A stretch of 64,000 bases of DNA, from NCBI GenBank assembly GCA_902776565.1, contig CACYQN010000013.1:71357-135356 (forward strand). The letters run 5' to 3'. The position numbers were made by a program, and so were the translations under genes. Origin of the DNA: an uncultured Bacteroidia bacterium. GTDB taxonomy: Bacteria; Bacteroidota; Bacteroidia; Bacteroidales; ML635J-15. Positions 1 through 9,618 of the stretch are shown here, piece by piece (position 1 is the stretch's first letter; every line of letters starts with the position of its first letter). The notes beneath the pieces were generated by a model. That model was not told where the DNA came from and made no database searches. It was given only the letters and a program-made list of their open reading frames with translations.

Positions 1-3000
1 AAGAACGCCACCGAAATTGTCGAAAACACCAGTTCGACTTTGAGTTTTACAAGCAAGCTGTCGGAATTTTCGCTGACACGCACAATTGAAAGCGGAGAAA
101 TCTACTCCAAGATTGCCATCGACGGCTATATCACAAACAACCAGATTGGCTATCCGCAGTTGCCGGTAATGGTAAAGATGATTGAAGTGCCTATGGGCGC
201 CGAAATCGTTACCAATGTTACGGTTAACTCCGAAAAGGTTGTAAGCCTTGCCGATGCAGGATTCGAGCAGGTGATTGTACCTTGCCAGCCATCGCTTTTC
301 AAGAACCAGAAGAAGGAAGATGTTCCTTTCGAGAAGAACAAAATCTATGCTGAAGGCGGTCTGTATTCGCCTGAAATGGTTACAATCGAGGAAGCAGGCA
401 TTATGCGTGGCATCCGTCTGATAAAGGTCGTTGTAAGTCCGTTTGCATACGACATTGCCGACAATGCGCTTACCGTCCGCGACGACATTTCGGTTACCCT
501 TTCGTTCCGCAATGCCGACCAGCGTAGCACAGCCATCAAGGACAGCAAGTATTCGCCGGCTTTCGAGGCATTGTACAGCAAGATTTGGAACTACAAGAGA
601 ACCCGCGATGCCGAAATGCACTACCCGATAACTTACGCCATCGTTGCCGACCGTATGTTCGAGGAAGCATTGCAGCCGTTCATTGCTTGGAAGACCAAGA
701 AGGGTTTCAAGGTCGTAACGGCCTACACCGATGAGATTGGTCGCACCGATGCTGCTGTAAGGACTTATTTGCAAGGTCTTTACGAAGCAGGTACGGCAAA
801 CGACCCGGCACCTTCGTATGTGCTTTATGTAGGTGATACCACCCAGATTTCGGTTCGCAAGACCAGCATTTCGGGCGAAAGCCACTACACCGATGTATAT
901 AAGGTATGCTTCGACGGCAACAGCGACTACATTCCCGATATGTTCTATGGTCGTTTCTCTGCTCAGAATGTGTCGCAGCTCACACCGCAGATTGAAAAGA
1001 CCTTGATGTTCGAGCAATACACTTTCCCAAATGCTTCGTATCTTGGTGATGCAGTGCTTGTTGCCGGTTACGATGGTAGCATTCAGTACGACGACATAAA
1101 TGGAAACGGTCAGATAAACTATGCAACCCAATACTATTTCAACGATGAGCATGGAGTCAATGCTACGGTTTATCTGTCGCCACAAAGCCATTCCAGCGGA
1201 GCGACAATCAAATCGCAGATTAGTGATGGTGTTGGTTTCGTAAACTATTCGGCACACTGCGACGAGAACGGTTGGCAGGACCCGGAATTCAATGTAAGCG
1301 ATGTGAACAACTTGCAGAACGAAAACGAATATTTCTTCAGCATAGGCAACTGCTGCCTGTCAAACAAGTTCGACAAGAGCGAATGCTTTGGTGAGGCTCT
1401 GCTAAGAAAACCAGGCAAGGGCGCTGTCTGCCATATAGGTGGAACTAACAGCACTATCTGGGACGAGGACTTCTACTGGTCGGTAGGTTCTATGCAGACC
1501 ATCAATGTAAACCCGACCTACGAAGCCACCGGACTTGGCGCTTACGACCATCTGTTCCACGAGCGCGGTGAAGCTCCGTATGTTTCGGCTGGCGAAATAG
1601 TTTTCATCGGCAACTTCTCGGTAAACTCCACAACTTCCAGATACATAAAGTACTACTGGGAAATTTACACCCTTATGGGCGACCCGTCACTTATGCCGTA
1701 TGTTGGCGTTCCGTCACAGCTTACACCAGAATATTCGAACATATTGCCTATTGGTTCCACATCGCTTGATGTAACAGCCGAAAACCTTTCGTACATAGCA
1801 CTCAGCAAGGACGGCGTTCTTCTTGATGCACAATACACTGGCGAAGGCACAAGCGCAGAACTTACATTCCCTGCACTGACCGAAACCGGAGAACTCGACC
1901 TTGTTATCACCCGTCAGTTCCGCGCGCCATACATACAAAAGGTGATGGTTGTGGCTGGCACCAACGAAAACGATGCCGCATTACAGTCAATCGTTGCTCC
2001 AGCATCGGCAATGTCGGCACAAGAGGCAACTTTCCAGCCACAAATTACTATTATGAATCTCGGAACAGCAAATTTAACTTCATTAACAGCTTGGTACAAT
2101 ATTAGCGATCCTGCAGGTATGCCTGAAATTGACCCGGTTTTTGTAACAACAACTTGGACTGGCAACCTTGCACAATATGAAACAGCAACTATAACATTTG
2201 ATGAAATAACACTTGAAACTGGTGCATATAACTTCAATTTTGCTGTTGAAAATCCAAACGGACAGACAGATGAAGATATGAGCAACAACACCAAGACCCG
2301 CAATGTACTGGTTTCGTCAGGCAATGTTACAGTTACATCTGTTTCGGAACCTAACGGCGACTATTGCGGTTATCCTCAATTAACACCGACAATCACTGTT
2401 AAGAATGCCAGCGATTTTGTTGTAACCTCGGTTACTGCATCATATACTTGCGGTGATTTGAGCGCACAAAAGACATTCGAGGTAAGCATTGCAGCAGGTG
2501 CAACAGCAAACCTCGCTTTCGACCCTGTTGTGATTCCAGAAGGCGAAGGCACAATTTCGTTTGTTGTAACAACTGTAAATGGTGGTGCAAATGAAAATCA
2601 AACACCGAGGACATCAAACTTCAACCTCAAGTCGCACGACGGCGAAGGTTTCCGTCTGAGCCTTACTGCCGACTACAACGGCACCGAAACTTCATGGGAA
2701 ATCTTAGATGCCGACAATAATGTAATATACAGCGGTAATGCTGGTGAATATACTGGTACTCCAGTAGTTACAGATTTCTGTCTCGGTGCTGGCTGTTACA
2801 CTTTCAACCTGAAGGACAGAGGAGGAAACGGACTTAATGGTTTCTATGGATTTTTGGCAACTGGTGATGCTACTTTCACTAACCTGAACACCAACGAAAC
2901 GCTTCTTTCGGTTGATGGTTCGGAAAGTTTCTCGACAAAGACAATAAACTTCTGCATAGAAGGAACAACCGAAAGCACTATCGAAACAGCCACAGCAATG

Positions 3001-3222
3001 TCAATCTTCCCGAACCCGACAAGCGGAATGCTTAATGTGACATCAAACGAAGAAATTGACAGCATCGAAATCTTCAATAGCGTTGGCACAACCGTTGTAA
3101 GCAACAATGTTGCAGGCAATAGTTCTGCAATTGACATGAGCAACTTGCCAAACGGAATGTACTTCGTTCGCGTATCGACTGCAAACGGAATTGAAACCGT
3201 AAAGGTGGTACTTGAAAGATAA
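1..3222 (+). CDS. Peptidase C25 (gingipain-like cysteine protease) with CARDB/Ig-like repeats and a T9SS C-terminal sorting domain; the 5' end probably runs off the window
   Basis: The frame is open from nt 1; the ORF track begins at an internal TTG at 40. His and Cys catalytic contexts 'NYSAHCDENGW' and 'GNCCLSNKF'. 'EDMSNNT' CARDB-like motif. The C-terminus 'IFPNPTSGMLNV...GMYFVRV...VKVVLER' is typical of a Por/T9SS CTD. Confidence 0.85.
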   Translation, partial: KNATEIVENTSSTLSFTSKLSEFSLTRTIESGEIYSKIAIDGYITNNQIGYPQLPVMVKMIEVPMGAEIVTNVTVNSEKVVSLADAGFEQVIVPCQPSLFKNQKKEDVPFEKNKIYAEGGLYSPEMVTIEEAGIMRGIRLIKVVVSPFAYDIADNALTVRDDISVTLSFRNADQRSTAIKDSKYSPAFEALYSKIWNYKRTRDAEMHYPITYAIVADRMFEEALQPFIAWKTKKGFKVVTAYTDEIGRTDAAVRTYLQGLYEAGTANDPAPSYVLYVGDTTQISVRKTSISGESHYTDVYKVCFDGNSDYIPDMFYGRFSAQNVSQLTPQIEKTLMFEQYTFPNASYLGDAVLVAGYDGSIQYDDINGNGQINYATQYYFNDEHGVNATVYLSPQSHSSGATIKSQISDGVGFVNYSAHCDENGWQDPEFNVSDVNNLQNENEYFFSIGNCCLSNKFDKSECFGEALLRKPGKGAVCHIGGTNSTIWDEDFYWSVGSMQTINVNPTYEATGLGAYDHLFHERGEAPYVSAGEIVFIGNFSVNSTTSRYIKYYWEIYTLMGDPSLMPYVGVPSQLTPEYSNILPIGSTSLDVTAENLSYIALSKDGVLLDAQYTGEGTSAELTFPALTETGELDLVITRQFRAPYIQKVMVVAGTNENDAALQSIVAPASAMSAQEATFQPQITIMNLGTANLTSLTAWYNISDPAGMPEIDPVFVTTTWTGNLAQYETATITFDEITLETGAYNFNFAVENPNGQTDEDMSNNTKTRNVLVSSGNVTVTSVSEPNGDYCGYPQLTPTITVKNASDFVVTSVTASYTCGDLSAQKTFEVSIAAGATANLAFDPVVIPEGEGTISFVVTTVNGGANENQTPRTSNFNLKSHDGEGFRLSLTADYNGTETSWEILDADNNVIYSGNAGEYTGTPVVTDFCLGAGCYTFNLKDRGGNGLNGFYGFLATGDATFTNLNTNETLLSVDGSESFSTKTINFCIEGTTESTIETATAMSIFPNPTSGMLNVTSNEEIDSIEIFNSVGTTVVSNNVAGNSSAIDMSNLPNGMYFVRVSTANGIETVKVVLER

Positions 3223-3243
3223 GACGGCTTTTTGCCGATAAGG

Positions 3244-3291
3244 TTCTTCCTGCCTCTCGAGTCATTCAAGAGTGGCAGGAAGAATTTTTTT
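3244..3291 (+). terminator. Intrinsic terminator downstream of the C25 peptidase gene
   Basis: 11-bp perfect stem ttcttcctgcc (3244-3254) / ggcaggaagaa (3274-3284), followed by a T7 run. Confidence 0.8.
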
Positions 3292-3307
3292 ATTGGTGCC
3301 ATAAAAA

Positions 3308-3584
3308 CACGGCTCTTTCATTTAACCGCCCCCTTTAGCTCCCTGAGCTTCGGCTGCTGAGCCTGTCGAAGTATCGAAGGGGCGAAGGGTAAGGTTAATA
3401 CGCATTTTATCATTTCGTCACCTTGACTTCTCTTCGACCACGCTCAGTGCGGCGCGACAAGCTTACTTCGACTGGCTCACTTCGGCAAGCTCAGTACATA
3501 GTAGCACATCGCAGCCAGCGGATTTATTCAAGTGCTAACTGTTTGTATCATAAGTAAGAACATTGTCCAAATGAAAGGACCGTG
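3308..3584. repeat. GC-rich interspersed element bounded by 16-bp imperfect inverted repeats (MITE-like, no clear TSD)
   Basis: cacggctctttcattt (3308-3323) versus the reverse complement of aaatgaaaggaccgtg (3569-3584), 14/16 match. The interior carries 'gctcagtgcggcgcgacaagc / cttcggctgctgagcctgtcgaag' strings that also occur near 33920-33985 and inside 40090-40190. Confidence 0.45.
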
Positions 3585-3637
3585 GCTAAAAAATATATAT
3601 ATTCTTCATTTTATTTCTCTGTACAGAAAATAATTTG

Positions 3638-3645
3638 TACTTTTG
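3638..3645 (+). promoter_or_regulatory. Bacteroidetes-type -7 box (TAnnTTTG) upstream of rtcB, implying a leader of about 280 nt
   Basis: tacttttg matches the TAnnTTTG consensus of Bacteroides sigma-A promoters. Confidence 0.4.
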
Positions 3646-3929
3646 CTCCCGAAAATTGAAATTATAAACTAATAAACGAGGAAAAAATGAAAACTTCAGT
3701 AAAAAAGAATTTAGTATCGGAATTATCTCTTGGCGTCACCAATTTTGTGTCGCGTCGCAAATAGAGATACAGCAAACCAATTTTGACATTTCTTTTTCGT
3801 CCGTTTTGTCGTGACGGAGAAGATAAATGTGGTTGTGCTAGAAAATATGCCAATTGGGTAAATTTGGCTATGTTATTCTATATGTTATAGTGTAACGATT
3901 AAGATTTATTGATTGAAAAATAACGAATT

Positions 3930-5174
3930 ATGGATATTAGAAACAATAAAGGTGCAGTTACCAAAATATATGCAAAAACCATAGAGGATGCTTGCCTCGA
4001 ACAGCTTAACGGACTGGTAAACAATCCAGCCTACGAGAACGAAACCATCCGGATAATGCCCGACACTCACACGGGGAAAGGCAGTGTAATCGGCTTTACA
4101 TCCACATACGACGATATGATTATCCCGAATACCGTCGGGGTTGACATTTCGTGCGGGATGCTCTGCGTCAATCTAGGCAAGGTCGATATTGATATGCAGG
4201 CGCTCGACAACCTCATCAGACTAAAGATTCCATCGGGATTGTCGGTACACGAAGGCAGAGTTACCACCTTCAAGGAACTTGAAAAGATGAATTGTTTCCG
4301 CAACCTGAAGGATTCAAAACGTATTATTCGAAGCATAGGCACTTTGGGCGGGGGCAACCATTTTATCGAACTCGACCGAAGCGAAAGCGGCGACATCTAC
4401 ATTGTCATCCACACTGGTTCGCGAAACTTGGGCAAGCAGGTCTGCGAATATTACCAGAAAATCGCTGTTGACCTATGCCACGGCAAGGAGCAGCTCTACG
4501 AGGAACGCGAGCGCATAATCCGCGAGTACAAGCGTCAGGGACGGAGGGACGAAATCCAGAAGGCTCTGCGCGGGCTGAAGTGCGAAACTGTGGAATGCAA
4601 CATTCCCGACGACCAGTGCTACCTCTACGGCAAGTATATGACCGACTATCTGCACGATGCCGACATCTGTTCGGAGTTTGCTCACCTGAACAGGCTTACC
4701 ATTGCCGACATCATCATCTCGAAGTATTTCAAGGGACAGTCGCTGAAGGACTATGAATGGTTCGAGACCTTGCACAACTATGTCGATACTAGGCACCGCA
4801 TAATCCGCAAGGGTGCGATTTCGGCGATGGCTGGTGAAAAGGTCATTATCCCGATGAATATGCGCGACGGAAGTCTTATCTGCATCGGCAAGGGCAACGA
4901 CGACTGGAACTGCTCGGCTCCGCACGGTGCCGGTAGGCTTATGTCGCGGACAAAGGCATTCGACACCATCACGCTCGACGACTTCAAGCAAAGCATGAGC
5001 GGCATATTCACAACTTCGGTCAACAACGACACGATAGACGAGTCGCCGATGGCCTACAAGCCAATGGACGAGATTCTCGAACTGGTAAAGGATACCGTGG
5101 ATGTGGTTGACATCATTAAACCTATTTACAATTTTAAAGCATCAGGCGAATTGCCATGGAGGAAAGACAAATGA
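3930..5174 (+). CDS. rtcB: RNA-splicing ligase RtcB (3'-phosphate/5'-hydroxyl RNA ligase)
   Basis: Motifs 'MPDTHTGKGSVIG', 'GGGNHFIEL', 'HTGSRNLG', 'NMRDGS', 'SAPHGAGR'. Confidence 0.93.
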   Translation: MDIRNNKGAVTKIYAKTIEDACLEQLNGLVNNPAYENETIRIMPDTHTGKGSVIGFTSTYDDMIIPNTVGVDISCGMLCVNLGKVDIDMQALDNLIRLKIPSGLSVHEGRVTTFKELEKMNCFRNLKDSKRIIRSIGTLGGGNHFIELDRSESGDIYIVIHTGSRNLGKQVCEYYQKIAVDLCHGKEQLYEERERIIREYKRQGRRDEIQKALRGLKCETVECNIPDDQCYLYGKYMTDYLHDADICSEFAHLNRLTIADIIISKYFKGQSLKDYEWFETLHNYVDTRHRIIRKGAISAMAGEKVIIPMNMRDGSLICIGKGNDDWNCSAPHGAGRLMSRTKAFDTITLDDFKQSMSGIFTTSVNNDTIDESPMAYKPMDEILELVKDTVDVVDIIKPIYNFKASGELPWRKDK

Positions 5175-5338
5175 AAAAGGACAAGATAGACAAGGTTACT
5201 CTTGACATAATAAAGGCAGCCCGCAAGAAGTCGCGCGAAGAGGAAATCGCCATGTTCGGCAAGCAGATTTCGATGTACTACTGGAAAGGCGACAAGAAAC
5301 GTCACGCACGAGGCGGAAAGCACAAGAAGAGGTATTGA
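5171..5338 (+). CDS. Small highly basic protein (55 aa) translationally coupled to rtcB
   Basis: The ATG at 5171 overlaps the rtcB stop (ATGA). Product 'MKKDKIDKVTLDIIKAARKK...KKRHARGGKHKKRY'. Followed directly by a strong hairpin terminator. No family recognised. Confidence 0.5.
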   Translation: MKKDKIDKVTLDIIKAARKKSREEEIAMFGKQISMYYWKGDKKRHARGGKHKKRY

Positions 5339-5343
5339 TAATT

Positions 5344-5373
5344 TGTAGCGGCGTAATGTATTGCGCCGCTACA
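5344..5373 (+). terminator. Hairpin terminator after the rtcB small-ORF pair
   Basis: 10-bp perfect stem tgtagcggcg (5344-5353) / cgccgctaca (5364-5373). Confidence 0.6.
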
Positions 5374-5414
5374 GTTTAATTATTATGTTGCCACTTTTTG
5401 GCAATATGATATTC

Positions 5415-5422
5415 TACTTTTG
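5415..5422 (+). promoter_or_regulatory. -7 box (TAnnTTTG) for the SNF2-RavA-ViaA operon
   Basis: tacttttg lies about 175 nt upstream of the 5598 start. Confidence 0.4.
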
Positions 5423-5597
5423 CGTTGAATTTAAGTACATTAAAAATATTGCTAGGTCCATGAAACAGCCGTTTAAAAATAATTCTCTTCAAATTTTCGG
5501 GTTTGGAAAACTGACAGTAACTTTGTATCGTTTGAACCAAAACGATGAAAAATGACATTCATTTAATTGCTAGTAGTATTAATGGTTAATTGTTGGA

Positions 5598-8500
5598 ATG
5601 ATGGGAGAAATTGAAAATAGGGAAGCATATCTCGACCGTTACCCTAGCCTTATGCCGGATGAGTTTCGACAGTTGTGCTTTATGACCTATTGCGGAGAGA
5701 TAAATAATCGGAGTAAGTCGGCAACTGCTTATCGCAAAAGGTTTAAGGTGAGCCAGAAACAATACGAGGAATGTACTTCTAAACTTCTCCGCTATGGTTA
5801 TTTGCAGACCAATTCTTATGTGAAGCCTTGCAGGCAGTTCGGTGTGTTGGAAATACTGCTGCGTTCATACCGTGAATTGCTTGAAGCATTTGCGCAGATA
5901 AAACCCGAGAGGACAAAGTATGCCGAATATCTGCTGAAGGTCGTGCAACTTGTTGTAAAAGATGACTTTGTTTCGGCGGCAAAGGTCGCTCGCCCTTATG
6001 TCGGCATTAGTGTTCCGTTCAATTTGTTTAAGTACATACAGGAGCAGGTGCTTGCTGATGCACGTTACATCAATTTGCTGAATGAGTCTGAATTGGTGGA
6101 GATGGTTGACGAGTGTCTGGCAGAGAATTTTGCAAACGATGATATGACTGATGATTTCCTGCGTCAGCTTTACGACATAATTCCCGCAAACAATGTCCGT
6201 TGCAACGAATTGAAAGATGAGATTTCTGCCTACCGCTATTTTATGACTGGCGAGTTTGCAGGACAGTCGGGACGTCCGACTATGTGGTCGGATGCGGCGA
6301 AAGCGGTAAGGCTGGCATACAGTGGCAAACTTGAAGATGCCTACGATATGTTCCGTTCGGCTATCCAGAGGTCGCATAAGCAGAAGAATGCCTTTCCTGC
6401 ACCTGTGCTGAATTATGTGTATGGCATTGTGCTGTATAGGCTTTGCCTTAACGATAAGAGTAATGGGAAGTACAGGCAGTCAATGGATGTATTCAGATAT
6501 GCAAAGTTAGTACGTCTCGATGACGAAAACTTTTGTATTCGTCTTCTGCTGGAGGATATTGAAATGGAACCCTTGTCGGCGCAGAAGGATGTTAATAGGC
6601 GAATAAACTATGTCTTGGAACGGCATCAGGATGTTTTTTGCCGCACTTGGGCGCATTTGCTGTATGGTTTCTTTGGTATTAGGAATGAAAACTTTTCTGT
6701 ACCAGTACATTCGGCGTGGATTATGCAGCACGAACTGTCTGGCTATATACCCATAGGTCCCGATGCGAAAGCTCGTATGCAATCGGTTTTTGGTGGTGCG
6801 CCACTGATAAGTTTGCTTCGCAAAAAGCAGTCGTGGGAAGTTGCTTTGGGCGACATTGCCCAAAAGGTGAAGCCATCCGTTATGAAAGTCGAGAAGCGTG
6901 TAGCATACTATATTGACGGGAAATCGTTGACTGCAGTTATGGAACAGAGCCGTTCCGAAGACGGAGAGTGGCACGACAGCAAGCTTCTGTCGTTGTCGCG
7001 GATGGCGCTTGAAGGGTATGATATTATGGATAGTACCGATATGCTGATTGCTTCAAAGTTAATCGGGGTAAAAAGTGGCGCAGAAACAGATGTCCTTGTG
7101 CCTTTGCTTGTCGGTACAGGACGGCTTGTTTATGGAAATCCGAATTCTGGTGACTTTTCGCCTGTCAATATTGCCGAAGAGAAGCCATATCTTGAATTTA
7201 AAGTTGTCAGGTCGTCCATTGAGGTTTCGTCAAATGTTGAGCAGGGCAGTTTGGGTGAAGCAAAACGGTACACGGTGCGAAGGGATTCCGAACTTCATTA
7301 CACGTTGATAGCGACGAATGCCTTTCAGCGCGATATTATAAGGAAGTTGTTGCAAGTAGGTACATTTCCGTTGTCGGCGCTCATTAGTTTGCGCAAAACT
7401 ATTGATAGTCTAAGTGGCATTATTGATGTCAAGGAAAGTATTTTCGACATTGCAATGCAGCCGGCAATTATGAGCAAGGGCTGTTTGTGCGTCAGGGTTC
7501 GTCCCGACAGGAATGATTTTTCAGTGACCGTTTCTGCCGTAGCTATGGAAAATGGTTCTGCGCGATTTGTACCGGCCGAAGGCGAGGAGACCGTATATGA
7601 TGAAGCTGACGGACTTACTCACTGCATCAGACGCGATATGTCGCAGGAATATAATAACTATAAGGAACTGCACGACTTTATGAACGAAAAGGTTAATGCG
7701 GAAGTTGTATGTTATGCTAGCTATCGGATTTATGCAGTTGGCGGTTTGTTGCAGTTGCTGTCGTTCGTTTACGACAATCAGTGTCGCTATTTTATGGAAT
7801 GGCCCGAGGGGCGACCGCTAAAACTCAAGGGTGTGGTACAGGAAAATGACATTGATATACTTGTCGAAAGCGGCAAGAACTGGTTTGAAGTTGAAGGCAA
7901 GGTTGCCATTGGTGGCAAACATTATACTCTCGACGAGCTAATCAAGATGTGCTGTTCGAGCGACATTGAAGGGTTCGTAAAGTTGAGTGATGACGAGTAT
8001 GTGCGTATGAGCGAGAAACTCAAACGTCACTTGGCCAAGATGGAATCCTTGTATATGGGTTCGGGAGGACATAAGCGTGTGTCAAAATATCAAATCGGAA
8101 CTTTTGCTGCTATGCTCGAAGGTCTTAATTGTCAAACTGATAGCGGTTATACGCGGTTGCTTGAGAAGACTAAGACCGCCTACGAGTTGACTCCTGATGT
8201 GCCTGTCACCGTCAATGCCAAGCTTCGTGGCTACCAGATAGAAGGTTTCAGATGGATGTGCCGTCTCGATGCTTGGGGCGCGGGTGCTTGTCTTGCCGAC
8301 GATATGGGGCTTGGAAAGACCTTGCAGGCACTGGCTTTTCTGGCATATAAGGCGGACAGTGGTGCTTCGCTGGTGGTAGCGCCGAAGTCGGTTGTGCTGA
8401 ACTGGGAGTCGGAGGCAAAACGTTTTACGCCCGGACTTAACGTATTTGTACTCAACAATCTGAAGAATCGCTCAGCAGTTGTCAATAAGGCTAAAGCCAA

Positions 8501-9605
8501 CGACATAGTAGTGTGTACCTACGGTTTGCTGGTGACCGAGTCGGAAGCCATTACAAAAAAGCAATGGAATGTTGTCTGTCTTGACGAGGCGCACCAGATA
8601 AAGAACAAGCAGACGCAAGTTTCGCACGTGGCTATGGAAATAAATTCAGGCAGCCGTCTTATTCTAACGGGAACCCCATTGCAGAACAACCTTAGCGAAC
8701 TGTGGAATCTTTTCCAGTTTATCAATCCGGGTCTTCTTGGAACGTGGATGCACTTCCGCAACAACTTTATGCTTCCCGAGTTTGATAACGAGCGCAAGAT
8801 GATGCTAAAGGATATGACTCAACCTTTTATACTGCGGCGCACAAAAAAGGATGTCCTGACCGATTTGCCAGAAAAACTGCTTCATACCCAGTATGTTGAA
8901 ATGACAGACAATGAATTTCAGGTATATGAGGAGATGCGCCGGCAGGCCGAAGTAAAATTCAAGAAGTACAAGACAAGGGAAGAACGGCGTGAGGCTAAGA
9001 CTTTGGATTTGACATTCTTCTCCGAACTTATGAAACTTCGTCTTGCTGCTTGTTCTATGCGGCTTGTATATAACAACTGGACGGCGCAGTCGTCGAAAGT
9101 GATTGCCTTGCTGGAAATCCTCAACAACATTGCTTCCGACCCTGATAATAATATCGTTGTATTCAGCCAGTTTACAAGCTACTTGGAGATGATAAAGGTG
9201 GAACTTAAAAAGCAAGGTCGTCAATTCCTATACCTTGACGGGCAGACACCTTTGGACAAGCGGCAGGAGATTGTAAGTCAGTTTCAGGAAGGGAAATGCC
9301 ATTTGTTCCTGTCGAGCCTGAAGGCTGGCGGACTTGGCATAAATCTGACTACAGCCAATTATGTGATTTTACTCGACCCGTGGTGGAATCCTGCGATTGA
9401 GAATCAGGCGATGGACAGGGCTCACCGAATCGGACAAAAGCGCGTGGTTACAGTAATAAGGCTTATCAGCAGCCAGACCATAGAGGAGAAAATCGTGCAG
9501 CTGCACGAAACGAAGCAGGCTTTGTCCGACGATATTCTTGACGGCACTGCCGAAACCTATAAGTTGACTTACGAGGATGTTATGGATATGGTTGCACCAT
9601 TTTAA
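5598..9605 (+). CDS. SNF2-family (SWI2/SNF2) helicase/translocase with a large N-terminal domain of about 850 aa
   Basis: Helicase motifs 'LADDMGLGKT', 'DEAHQIKN', 'LTGTPLQNN', 'GGLGINLTTANYVILLDPWWNPAIENQAMDRAHRIGQKR'. Confidence 0.9.
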   Translation: MMGEIENREAYLDRYPSLMPDEFRQLCFMTYCGEINNRSKSATAYRKRFKVSQKQYEECTSKLLRYGYLQTNSYVKPCRQFGVLEILLRSYRELLEAFAQIKPERTKYAEYLLKVVQLVVKDDFVSAAKVARPYVGISVPFNLFKYIQEQVLADARYINLLNESELVEMVDECLAENFANDDMTDDFLRQLYDIIPANNVRCNELKDEISAYRYFMTGEFAGQSGRPTMWSDAAKAVRLAYSGKLEDAYDMFRSAIQRSHKQKNAFPAPVLNYVYGIVLYRLCLNDKSNGKYRQSMDVFRYAKLVRLDDENFCIRLLLEDIEMEPLSAQKDVNRRINYVLERHQDVFCRTWAHLLYGFFGIRNENFSVPVHSAWIMQHELSGYIPIGPDAKARMQSVFGGAPLISLLRKKQSWEVALGDIAQKVKPSVMKVEKRVAYYIDGKSLTAVMEQSRSEDGEWHDSKLLSLSRMALEGYDIMDSTDMLIASKLIGVKSGAETDVLVPLLVGTGRLVYGNPNSGDFSPVNIAEEKPYLEFKVVRSSIEVSSNVEQGSLGEAKRYTVRRDSELHYTLIATNAFQRDIIRKLLQVGTFPLSALISLRKTIDSLSGIIDVKESIFDIAMQPAIMSKGCLCVRVRPDRNDFSVTVSAVAMENGSARFVPAEGEETVYDEADGLTHCIRRDMSQEYNNYKELHDFMNEKVNAEVVCYASYRIYAVGGLLQLLSFVYDNQCRYFMEWPEGRPLKLKGVVQENDIDILVESGKNWFEVEGKVAIGGKHYTLDELIKMCCSSDIEGFVKLSDDEYVRMSEKLKRHLAKMESLYMGSGGHKRVSKYQIGTFAAMLEGLNCQTDSGYTRLLEKTKTAYELTPDVPVTVNAKLRGYQIEGFRWMCRLDAWGAGACLADDMGLGKTLQALAFLAYKADSGASLVVAPKSVVLNWESEAKRFTPGLNVFVLNNLKNRSAVVNKAKANDIVVCTYGLLVTESEAITKKQWNVVCLDEAHQIKNKQTQVSHVAMEINSGSRLILTGTPLQNNLSELWNLFQFINPGLLGTWMHFRNNFMLPEFDNERKMMLKDMTQPFILRRTKKDVLTDLPEKLLHTQYVEMTDNEFQVYEEMRRQAEVKFKKYKTREERREAKTLDLTFFSELMKLRLAACSMRLVYNNWTAQSSKVIALLEILNNIASDPDNNIVVFSQFTSYLEMIKVELKKQGRQFLYLDGQTPLDKRQEIVSQFQEGKCHLFLSSLKAGGLGINLTTANYVILLDPWWNPAIENQAMDRAHRIGQKRVVTVIRLISSQTIEEKIVQLHETKQALSDDILDGTAETYKLTYEDVMDMVAPF

Positions 9606-9618
9606 ATATTCATGGGAA

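Noticed and set aside
3687-3764. 25-aa ORF (MKTSVKKNLVSELSLGVTNFVSRRK) in the rtcB leader
   Set aside because: It is too short and has no recognisable features or coupling signal. It cannot be told apart from a chance ORF without conservation or Ribo-seq data.
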